A stretch of DNA of 64,000 nucleotides. Origin: a virus (lineage: Duplodnaviria > Heunggongvirae > Uroviricota > Caudoviricetes). The stretch spans positions 1-64,000 of the IMG/VR virus record IMGVR_UViG_3300032250_000070. One strand, 5' to 3'. Positions 25,901 through 33,898 of the stretch are shown piece after piece (within the stretch, counting starts at the first letter, position 1; every line of letters starts with the position of its first letter). The position numbers were made by a program, and so were the translations under genes. Under the pieces are notes generated by a model that saw only the letters and a program-made list of their open reading frames with translations, had not been told where the DNA came from and ran no database searches.

Positions 25901-28423
25901 AGAGATATCAAAGTGGTATCTTATTATGGTTCTATAAAGACTATTAATAATGCTCAATGGGGACAGATATATTCATATCAAACAATTGATACAGGATTCC
26001 AAAGAATATTCAGTGCAATATCTGCTAATGATCCTGAAGTGGTATTTGGTGGTGATACATATATTGGTAAGTTTGGATTTAAAACAAAGCTTCCTTTCTT
26101 TATTGACAACAGAGTTAATGCTCCTGATGATTCTGATATATACTATGATGAGGTTGGTAATGTAGCCTATCCACAATATTGGTATTCAGCTAGATCTATA
26201 CTATCTGATTACTATGTAGGAAGCACATTGATGAAGAATATAATCTCTACCAAAGCAAATTATTTAGACTGTCCTGATGATAATATTGTTGATAATACTT
26301 CTACAAGTACAACAACTACATCAACTACACCTCCTCCTGGAACAGTAACAGCTGGTTCTTTGAATTATGTATATAGTGGTAAGATGTATTTGTTTGCTTA
26401 TGGTATTCCTTACTTCTATGTAGAGAGTTCTATTAATGTAGATTTACGTCAAGCATTCAATAACTTAGAAGGTGACTTCTACCCACACGTAAGTTCAGGT
26501 ATTCCTGATAGCTGGTTCCAAGAAAGTAGAGTTCCTATTGCTTTTGATAACACATATTATTACAATACAACCTTCTCTAAGCAGAATACAGAAAACTTCT
26601 TTTCTCATTTACCAGCAGACTGGATAAAGCAACTGTGTTATAGAAACTTTCCATTCAGAGCAATATACTCTGACAGACAAGAAAGTTATTCTGATAATAG
26701 AATAAATAGCTGGTTGATATATCGTCCAGTGAGCTTCTTTGATTTCCCTCAAAATTATGGTAATCTTATATCTTTAGATGGTATTCAGAACAGAGCTACA
26801 TTAGCTAGATTTGAGAATAAGACATTGCTATATGGTAACTTATTAACTATTGATACAAGTAACCCTCAATCTGCATATGTAGGAAATCCTTATTTGTTTG
26901 GTGGTCCTGGTGGAACTCCTCCAGTAGATTATGCTGAGACAGACCTTGGATTTGTTGGTTGTCAGAATAAGTTTTTACTCAAGATACCTCAAGGACAAAT
27001 AACTATTGATGCTAAGAGAGGTCAGATATTTTTAATTCAAGGAACGCAAGCACAAGATATTTCAGGATTTGGTTCTGGTCTTAATAGATTCTTTACAGAT
27101 CATTTGGCATTTGAAATCTTAAGATATTTCCCAACAGTGGATACAGACAACCATTTTAAAAACATTGGATTACATGGTGTATTTGATAGTAAGTTTGAGA
27201 GAGTTATTATCACTAAGTTAGACTACATTCCTCAGCCAAATAAAGATGTGCTTTATGATGAGGTGGCTAAAGAGTTTTATGTTAACCAACCTGTGGCTGG
27301 TGATATTTCAGTTAAGAAATACGTTGAGGTGACAGATCTTGAATACTTCTGTAATAAATCATGGACTGCATCATTTAACTTGAATACAAAGAGCTGGGTG
27401 AGCTTCCATACATACCTACCTAACTTCTACATAGGAGAAAACAATTTCTTCTATTCTGGATTAAATGAAGGTTGTGATATCACAGCATTGGCAGTTACAG
27501 AAATACCTTCTCCTACCACAACTACTACAACAACAGTAATTCTATATTGTAACTTGTCTGGTACAGCAGTGGTAACAGGATACCCTTGTGAATTAGAAGG
27601 AACAGCTGTAGAAGAAACTACTACTACCACGACTAGCACTAGCACTACTAGCACAACATCAACTACTACTACTGTTGCTCCTTCATGCTTTCTTGTACCA
27701 GGATCTTTTACAAGAGAACCAAGTTGTGTATTAGTAGCAGGAGAATTTATACGTACAGGAGGTACAACTACTACCACGTCTACATCCACATCTACTACAA
27801 CCACTACAACTACACTACAACCATCTCTTTATAGATATAGTTCAGCAAGCTTTGAAGATGCTTGTGCTACTGGATTAGAAATGGACAATGTAGTATTAAC
27901 TGATCCACCATTCTGTTCTGCAACTGCAATACAATGTGATGAGTTTGTATTAGCTCCAGCTGGTGTAGAAGTATGGGTTCGCACTGGTAATAGTTATAGA
28001 GCTGCAACAATTAATGATCCTAATACATCTGGAATTGCTACATTCACTGCAACAACATGTGTTTTATGTCCAACAACTACAACTAGTACTTCTTCTACTA
28101 CTACTACCACTACAACTGCGGCACCTGTTACAAGAACTGTAACTAACCTTGGTGCAAGTGCTTCTGATATATTAGGAGAAATTTATATAAATGCATCAGT
28201 AACTCTTAGTGGTAATGTAAATGCAGATACTATAATAGAAGTAGTTGTATCTACTGTTCCATATGGTAATGTCACTGTATATGTTACAATACTTAATGGT
28301 AATTCTTCAGGCAGTGGTTCAACTTTTGTTGGACAGGGAAGTGTTCCTTCTGCAATTGATGGTCAATGTATTGCAGCTTCTGATAACGTATATGTAACTT
28401 TCACTGGATTTCAATGTGTTTAA
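22904..28423 (+). CDS. giant (about 1820-1839 aa) virion structural protein with at least five poly-Thr/Ser linkers; candidate baseplate/fiber/adhesin
   Basis: The start is uncertain: in-frame ATGs lie at 22904, 22928 and 22955. Linkers: TSTTTTSTTPPPGT (about 26290), TTTTTTTV (about 27510), TTTTTSTSTTSTTSTTTTVAP (about 27620), TTTTTSTSTSTTTTTTTLQP (about 27770), TTTTSTSSTTTTTTTAAP (about 28080). Confidence 0.6.
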   Translation: MTYNALDNMNYQIEAQDMAVDGTDNQGTSNVRQEYNLGRVGLDMDSSVNQVQKGKLSYALNAALENFDSNSVSYQNEPSNEACLEFPEGYQLIGTHFIQEKNKHIFFLANPQTGGSEIGYMDNNDCVYRTLCTEYPDLEITVCANSDCLNFDIDHPIHKAVHKITNCTTEVYWTDGLNPRRFINIEQVPYITTYLNNQTCDPQIQAVLDCNKLNVQPNFQIPNIEVSDIVVGGDLKAGTYQFAVQYGNASGDAYTSYYSVTNPASIANTEITTPDFQYSVGQSIVLDITNLDVSGYFQYFNLAVIKTINNGTTVELVGTYSIQEKETLITYTGQNMTQIPLSLGDVLEKFPYYDIAQDVTNVQDYIVWDNLTSIDRINYQSIANQIQLQWETYKLPAGNTYADAFYTANLRGYLRDEVYAFEIVFLLNNGKQTDGFHIPGRVKNFNELSEPDVTTANNDYIGDGTPQPYWKIYNTASVSTTYPAPTDGSRKIGDAYPYQSGEFAYWESTDRYPCNVDVWGDLADEPIRHHKFPDVLVSPYFESPTIIYSGGQIDPVMQVANATYPIGVKIDVQQVAFAIQRSSLTDAEKASIVGFKIVRGNRSANKSIIAKGILRNVGKYTREDPTDPDATYYYYPNYPYNDLSEDPFLLERNNAYNSQCDTYSVSVTTAGTLQYTNCFTGEPDTQAFNSSTTEICSITLPVVNSGEATFTNVTTTSYTITVNSSILSTTFNYTDPVTDALRSIVVPKSSSRSVNSNTVPVRTSGTTNYTMVASNSGQNNECYPAKLNGFNNPDSAYRQVFNSPETSFGQPTLGNVLKLESVLFGGGRAHFVEVQKHAMYKLITKQTQIDALDSSKRIADLGGFSPVAFFTAYQTYLQIYINGISRQNFAYSFNSRSSYDYSADVPNDQGIKQRQLDKVQYVFPGVQNVGDNYDLNNWNRESSVYIKTIDNRNGVPFTVSPLPYPNQTSSLVVAGVSQISDNSRFTISEAENCASPEAQRDIKVVSYYGSIKTINNAQWGQIYSYQTIDTGFQRIFSAISANDPEVVFGGDTYIGKFGFKTKLPFFIDNRVNAPDDSDIYYDEVGNVAYPQYWYSARSILSDYYVGSTLMKNIISTKANYLDCPDDNIVDNTSTSTTTTSTTPPPGTVTAGSLNYVYSGKMYLFAYGIPYFYVESSINVDLRQAFNNLEGDFYPHVSSGIPDSWFQESRVPIAFDNTYYYNTTFSKQNTENFFSHLPADWIKQLCYRNFPFRAIYSDRQESYSDNRINSWLIYRPVSFFDFPQNYGNLISLDGIQNRATLARFENKTLLYGNLLTIDTSNPQSAYVGNPYLFGGPGGTPPVDYAETDLGFVGCQNKFLLKIPQGQITIDAKRGQIFLIQGTQAQDISGFGSGLNRFFTDHLAFEILRYFPTVDTDNHFKNIGLHGVFDSKFERVIITKLDYIPQPNKDVLYDEVAKEFYVNQPVAGDISVKKYVEVTDLEYFCNKSWTASFNLNTKSWVSFHTYLPNFYIGENNFFYSGLNEGCDITALAVTEIPSPTTTTTTTVILYCNLSGTAVVTGYPCELEGTAVEETTTTTTSTSTTSTTSTTTTVAPSCFLVPGSFTREPSCVLVAGEFIRTGGTTTTTSTSTSTTTTTTTLQPSLYRYSSASFEDACATGLEMDNVVLTDPPFCSATAIQCDEFVLAPAGVEVWVRTGNSYRAATINDPNTSGIATFTATTCVLCPTTTTSTSSTTTTTTTAAPVTRTVTNLGASASDILGEIYINASVTLSGNVNADTIIEVVVSTVPYGNVTVYVTILNGNSSGSGSTFVGQGSVPSAIDGQCIAASDNVYVTFTGFQCV

Positions 28424-28447
28424 TCTTTATATATAAAATAAAATAAT

Positions 28448-28876
28448 ATGGCATTTTCAGCAACAATAAGTTTAAGTTCAGCAGGAGCAGATACTGGTCC
28501 ATTTAATCTGTATTCAAATGCAGATAGTTATGTTACAGCATTTGCATCAGCAGTTCCTAAAGCATCTATACTTGCAGGATATTTATCAAATGCTGTTCCT
28601 GATTTAACAACAATTTGTAGAGTTAAATCTACAGGTACCTGTACTAATTATGTAGACATGCCTATTGATGATCCTTATATTTACGTTTATCAAAAGTGTG
28701 GTACAACGCAGTATTTTTATAATCCAGGAGTGATAGCAGTTAAAGTGCAAGATGATAATTCTCCTACACCTAATTGTTATGAAAAAGTAAATGAAGGTTT
28801 ACTAAGTGCAATGGACGTATTGTACGCTCTTACACTTAATTTAACATTAGTTAGCTCAACTTGTGATTGTGTTTAA
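28448..28876 (+). CDS. member 2 of the paralogous N-domain family
   Basis: MAFSATISLSSAGADTGPFNLYSNADSY...STGTCTNYVDM. This is strongly similar to the 18729 N-terminus. Confidence 0.55.
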   Translation: MAFSATISLSSAGADTGPFNLYSNADSYVTAFASAVPKASILAGYLSNAVPDLTTICRVKSTGTCTNYVDMPIDDPYIYVYQKCGTTQYFYNPGVIAVKVQDDNSPTPNCYEKVNEGLLSAMDVLYALTLNLTLVSSTCDCV

Positions 28877-28886
28877 AATAATATAA

Positions 28887-29753
28887 ATGGCTAAAACAGT
28901 AATAATAAGATTGACATGTTCAGGTGGCAGAACAGGACCCTTTGATATCTCAGATAACTTAGGGACTGTCTTGGGCACTAACATAACTAAACAAAATCTA
29001 ATTGATGGGTACACTGTCAGTGTAGATGATTCTGTTACTACTATTATTATAACCTCTGTAGGTAAATGTCATACAGTTTTACAAGTTACAATTGGCACTG
29101 CCACTAAAGAACAACTTGCTGCTTTAGATTACACTGTATGTAATACAGGATCTATGTGGAGACATTTAACAGATGTAGTTAACTATAACAAATACTATGG
29201 TAATGTAGAACCATATATAATTGAATATCCATTTGCTTACCAAAGCTATGATGAAATACTTCAGAATGTAAAAGACTATAGTAAGGTATTTAACTACTTA
29301 CCTATTCCAGATGGTGTGTTTAATGACAATGCTCAGATACAGGTTGATAATCAATGGTTTAACAAGGCTGTTCTATACAATGGTCAACAGTCTACAGGTG
29401 TACTTGAATTGGTACCAAAGCCTATGAACAACCTAAAACAATACTTAGCTTACCCAATATACAATGAGTTTAGCAAGACTATCACTTATACTAAGTCAGA
29501 TAATTTCTATCAATATAATACTTTCTGGGGGTTAGTTAAGAATAAAGCATTACCTTTGTTTACAACAAGTTGTGAAACTTTATCAATAGATAAGGTTGTA
29601 AACCAAGTGAATATGGATTATGGAAAACGTTCATTTAAGAAAGAACCATTGAGAGCTAAAGATCTTAAGGTGAGACACATTCTTGACAATAGCTCTCAAG
29701 CACATATAGTTTCTCAATTCATTGTTGCACCTGCAATGATTAGTTATAAATAA
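28887..29753 (+). CDS. member 3 (divergent) of the paralogous N-domain family
   Basis: The N-terminus is ...GGRTGPFDISDN...DGY...SVGKCHT. A distinct 200-aa C-terminal domain follows. Confidence 0.5.
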   Translation: MAKTVIIRLTCSGGRTGPFDISDNLGTVLGTNITKQNLIDGYTVSVDDSVTTIIITSVGKCHTVLQVTIGTATKEQLAALDYTVCNTGSMWRHLTDVVNYNKYYGNVEPYIIEYPFAYQSYDEILQNVKDYSKVFNYLPIPDGVFNDNAQIQVDNQWFNKAVLYNGQQSTGVLELVPKPMNNLKQYLAYPIYNEFSKTITYTKSDNFYQYNTFWGLVKNKALPLFTTSCETLSIDKVVNQVNMDYGKRSFKKEPLRAKDLKVRHILDNSSQAHIVSQFIVAPAMISYK

Positions 29754-29757
29754 TATT

Positions 29758-30279
29758 ATGGAAATCTGGAAAAATATACCTAGTCTTAACAATTTATATG
29801 AAGCAAGTAATCTTGGTAGAATAAGATCTGCATATGGTAAAAACAAAGGTAAGGTTCTAAAAGAGTATATTAAACATCCTTCAAATATTAATTATAATTT
29901 TGTAGAAGTACATATAGATGGTAAAAAATGGGCAAAGAAAGTACACAGACTTGTAGCTGAAGTATTTTGTGAAAATTCTGAAAATTATCCTATTGTGATG
30001 CATTTAGATAATGATAGAAGAAACAATAGAGTAGATAATTTACAATGGGGTACATTAAAGATGAATTCTCAACAAATGATTACTGAAGGAAGAGGAAATA
30101 AATCTAAAGGTAGTGATCATTATTTTTCAAAACTAACTGAGGATCAAGTAGTTGAAATAAGAAAAAAGTATATTCCTAGAAAATATACTTTACAACAATT
30201 AGCTAATGAGTATAGTGTAAGTTTTGGTTTAATTGGACATGTAGTAAAAAATAGAAATTGGAAACACGTAATTGCATAA
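29758..30279 (+). CDS. HNH homing endonuclease (NUMOD4-like N-terminus + HNH_3)
   Basis: IWKNIPSLNNLYEASNLGRIRS matches the IPGFEGYYEVSNxGRVRS-type motif. HRLVAEVF...HLDNDRRNNRVDNLQWGT is the HNH_3 core. It is a free-standing selfish element inside the structural module. Confidence 0.8.
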   Translation: MEIWKNIPSLNNLYEASNLGRIRSAYGKNKGKVLKEYIKHPSNINYNFVEVHIDGKKWAKKVHRLVAEVFCENSENYPIVMHLDNDRRNNRVDNLQWGTLKMNSQQMITEGRGNKSKGSDHYFSKLTEDQVVEIRKKYIPRKYTLQQLANEYSVSFGLIGHVVKNRNWKHVIA

Positions 30280-30282
30280 ATA

Positions 30283-30864
30283 ATGGCTAACTGGTTAGAT
30301 AAATATGAACAAGGAGGATTAGTCTTAAAGAAAAAGACTAAGGATAACTATGGCAAACGAGAGAATGCCAATGCAGGACATTCCACTGCTGGCCCAGGTT
30401 GGGTTGGTGAAGGAACAACTAACAGAGGGTTTAACTACAATGGAGCATGGGGAGGCACTATGGAGATGGGTGGATCTATGCCAGGTGCTGTAGGTTTCAC
30501 GTACGCACGTGTGGTTGGCTCAGCTCCTGCTAATGGTAAGTATACAAAGAAGACAAAAGCAAGTGCTCAGAATGGTACAGAGATGAAATTCTACCAAGAA
30601 GGACTAGACTTCAAACCTAAGACTATATCTAAGAATGGTTCTGTGATTAAAGATGATATGGGACAATGGGCTCACCCAGGTGAGATAACACAGATAGGTT
30701 CTAATGAAATAACAATGAAGGGAGTTGAGTATCCTGTACTTGGTATATCTGATACAGGTGATAGGAAGATGATGTATCCTGGTAAGGATTATAAGTTTGA
30801 TGGTAATATGGTTACAGAATACCCACTGGCTCAAGATGGTGGCTGGTTAAACAAATATAAATAA
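30283..30864 (+). CDS. hypothetical Gly-rich protein with near-identical terminal motifs (NWLDKYEQGG ... DGGWLNKYK)
   Basis: 193-aa ORF. Confidence 0.45.
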   Translation: MANWLDKYEQGGLVLKKKTKDNYGKRENANAGHSTAGPGWVGEGTTNRGFNYNGAWGGTMEMGGSMPGAVGFTYARVVGSAPANGKYTKKTKASAQNGTEMKFYQEGLDFKPKTISKNGSVIKDDMGQWAHPGEITQIGSNEITMKGVEYPVLGISDTGDRKMMYPGKDYKFDGNMVTEYPLAQDGGWLNKYK

Positions 30865-30884
30865 ATCATACAATAGAGTATAAT

Positions 30885-33812
30885 ATGAAAGACCAAATGT
30901 TAAAGATTGCTAAAGTAAAGTCTGAAAAGGAATTCTACAAGAAGTATCCTACAGAAGAAGCATTTATGAAAGCTCATGGTAAAGAGTTAAAGAAAGCTGC
31001 TATGGGTAAGTCTATGGTGAACAAACAGTTACACCAACTTACAGACTTTGGCAATCCTCCTATTGCTCAATATGGAATAGGAATGACAACTAAGCCACAG
31101 GACTTTAGTAAGTATTTGCAAGGAACAAATCAATTTGGTTTGAATCCAGATGGTACTATAAAACAAGTTGGAGGTGCTTTTAATAATGCATCTATGGCCC
31201 AGATGAGTGGGCAACAGATGGCATCTAATATGTCATCTCAGTTTGCTACACCTTCTTCTGATACATTATCAGGAGTTAATGATATTAATGCAGGAGCTGA
31301 CGCAGGTGGAGGTAAAGGAGCTAATGTAGCTGCAGCAGCTATAGGAGCAATACCAGGAATCATAGCTGGTATCGAAGCAATTGGTTCACAAAGAAAAGCA
31401 ATAAACAAAGCATATCAAGCTAGAGAGTTATCAGAACTAAACTTACAAGCTAACTCTACAAGAGAGAAAGTTAAACGTAAATATGTAAGACCAGAGGATA
31501 ATATTGCACAGCCTGGACAGTTAGGTAATCCTTATGGATCAGGTACAAACTTCTTAGCTAAGAATGGTAAGATGATTGGTGGCAATCCTACAGAGATTCA
31601 GAACATGTACAATCCTGGCGATATTTATACAGATGCTGGATATGAACCATTAGAGTCTCAGAAATTAAAACAATATAAACAAGGTGGCAATCTTCCTGAA
31701 GCAGAGTTTGGAGATTACTTCCAAAATTCTGGTCAAGCACAGATTGGTAGTGCTACAGGTACAGCCATTGGTAGTCTTGTAGGTGGACCATTAGGTGGTG
31801 CAATTGGTGGACTTATTGGTACAGTGGGTGGTAACCTATTTGGTGGTGCTAAACAAGCTAGAGAATTACAAAAAGAAAAAGACAAAGCTGAGATGAACAC
31901 TCAACAAGCTGCTTATCAACAAACTATGCAAAATCAGTTTGGTGCATATATGGAGCAAGGTGGTAAGGTGGATGTTGGAGATGAATATAAGTGGGTTAGC
32001 CATACGTGGCAACCACAGACAATTACTAAGTTTGGTGAGTATAATGTTAAAGACTTATTAAAGCCTCCTCATGATGCAGATATGCTAAGAAGTGGTGGTC
32101 ATTTAAAAGATGAGTATTATACACCTCCTAGTGCAGAAGCTATGTTTACTGGCAGACCTGAGCGAAAGCCTTTAACTATGGAACATGGTGGACAGATGGC
32201 TATGGGTGGTGACTTAGAAGTAATTGAAGGTGGTAAGGCAGAAACAATCTCTTACAATCCTTTCCTACCAGATGGTGGTGAGACTGTAATGTTTAAAGGT
32301 AGGTCTCATGACAATGGTGGTATTCCTATTAACTTTGGTGAGAACGGTGTAGAGGTTGAAGGTGGTGAACCAGCAGTTAAGTTAAGAGATGGTGGAAATG
32401 AAAGCAATATGGTTGTCTTTGGTAACATGAAATTATCAAAGATGGCTGCTGATGAGTTTGGTATCCCAGATGCAAAAGGTAAGAAGTTTAAACATGTTGC
32501 TGAAGAAATAAGCAAGGTGGAGAAAAAACAAAACAAGTTAATAGAAAAGGCCACAGAAAGAGCAGACATGACTACAGGAAGCAGTGGCTTTGATCAATTG
32601 AAAATGAATACAAGTGAGGCTCAACTTATAGGTGCTAATATGAAATTAAGAAACGCAGCTATTTTAAAACAAAACCTAGGGGCTGTTCAAAATGCTATTC
32701 TTGATACAGCTAGTGAACTAGGTGTAAAAAGTGATGAGTTAGCTCAAGGCAAGTTGGTAAAAGAAAAAGATCCTCGTATGATGGCACAAGCAGGTACTAA
32801 TGTTCCTTACAGTGGTACACCATTTTTAGATGCACCTCAGTTATATCCTGGTCCTACTCCTAGAGAGTTAGTAACCAATATTGTATCTGATGCATTAAAA
32901 GGAGTTCCTCCTATGCAAGAGTACACTCAAATACCTTATCAACCAGGATTTGGTTCAAGTAGTGTATTACCTGATGTTACAGTAACTGGTGATAAGCTAA
33001 GCAGTACAGCTAACTTATCTCCTATATCAGACGATGCTCTTATGTCAGATAAAGGTAAATTTGATTGGAAAGGATTAGGTCAAATGGCTCTATCTAACTT
33101 AGCTCCATTCTTAAGACCTAGAACTAAATTAGGTCTTGATCCTGAAGAACTATATCCTGAATACTTTGCTATGGCTACCAATCAGTTAGAACCTGTACAG
33201 GCTCAGACGTTCCAGCCAATGCTAGATACTCCTATGGACATTTCTTTGAATGATCAGCTTAATGCTATTGATTCTCAATCTAGAGCAGCCATCAGAGCAG
33301 CAGGTTCAAATCCATCTGCCCAAGCAATGATTATGGCTCAAAGCTTAGAAGCTAAGAACAAAGTGTTAGGAGAACAAACAAGAATCAACGCTGCAAATAA
33401 GATGCAGGTATATGATAAGAATAGAGCTTTGTTAAACGAAGCTCAGCTTAAAAACTTACAAATCCTTGATAAACAATATGTTAGACAATCTGAAGCTAAG
33501 TCTAATACTAAGGCTCAAACTCTTGAAGCTCTTAAATCTATTGCTGCAAAGACTGCTCAGAATAAACTTGAGAATAAAACACTTAATACCTATGAGAACA
33601 TGTACAACTACAGATTCTCTCCAAGTGGTGTAGCCTTTAATACAAACGCTCCTGCTCAGTTTAACATCCCTGGAGCATCAGGATCTCAAAATACTACAGA
33701 TGCAAAAGGAAATGATCTTCTTCCTATCTATAATAAGAAAGGAAAGGTTACAGGATATAAAGTTAAAGAAGCCAGAAATGGTGCAATTGTTCAAGCTCTA
33801 AAAAATCTATAA
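30885..33812 (+). CDS. large virion protein (975 aa) with glycine-zipper hydrophobic segment; tape-measure/ejection-protein candidate
   Basis: GSATGTAIGSLVGGPLGGAIGGLIGTVGGNLFGG. It also has recurrent QGG/GG motifs and long predicted helices. Confidence 0.45.
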   Translation: MKDQMLKIAKVKSEKEFYKKYPTEEAFMKAHGKELKKAAMGKSMVNKQLHQLTDFGNPPIAQYGIGMTTKPQDFSKYLQGTNQFGLNPDGTIKQVGGAFNNASMAQMSGQQMASNMSSQFATPSSDTLSGVNDINAGADAGGGKGANVAAAAIGAIPGIIAGIEAIGSQRKAINKAYQARELSELNLQANSTREKVKRKYVRPEDNIAQPGQLGNPYGSGTNFLAKNGKMIGGNPTEIQNMYNPGDIYTDAGYEPLESQKLKQYKQGGNLPEAEFGDYFQNSGQAQIGSATGTAIGSLVGGPLGGAIGGLIGTVGGNLFGGAKQARELQKEKDKAEMNTQQAAYQQTMQNQFGAYMEQGGKVDVGDEYKWVSHTWQPQTITKFGEYNVKDLLKPPHDADMLRSGGHLKDEYYTPPSAEAMFTGRPERKPLTMEHGGQMAMGGDLEVIEGGKAETISYNPFLPDGGETVMFKGRSHDNGGIPINFGENGVEVEGGEPAVKLRDGGNESNMVVFGNMKLSKMAADEFGIPDAKGKKFKHVAEEISKVEKKQNKLIEKATERADMTTGSSGFDQLKMNTSEAQLIGANMKLRNAAILKQNLGAVQNAILDTASELGVKSDELAQGKLVKEKDPRMMAQAGTNVPYSGTPFLDAPQLYPGPTPRELVTNIVSDALKGVPPMQEYTQIPYQPGFGSSSVLPDVTVTGDKLSSTANLSPISDDALMSDKGKFDWKGLGQMALSNLAPFLRPRTKLGLDPEELYPEYFAMATNQLEPVQAQTFQPMLDTPMDISLNDQLNAIDSQSRAAIRAAGSNPSAQAMIMAQSLEAKNKVLGEQTRINAANKMQVYDKNRALLNEAQLKNLQILDKQYVRQSEAKSNTKAQTLEALKSIAAKTAQNKLENKTLNTYENMYNYRFSPSGVAFNTNAPAQFNIPGASGSQNTTDAKGNDLLPIYNKKGKVTGYKVKEARNGAIVQALKNL

Positions 33813-33831
33813 CTAATTAAGTTATAGTGAT

Positions 33832-33870
33832 TTACCAAAAAATGTTATACCTCTTGGTAATTCTAATATT
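33832..33870 (+). terminator. weak hairpin TTACCAA-N15-TTGGTAA followed by T-rich tract (possible terminator/attenuator)
   Basis: Read directly. 7-bp stem. Confidence 0.3.
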
Positions 33871-33898
33871 TTAAATTAAATTTGCTAATTATAATACC

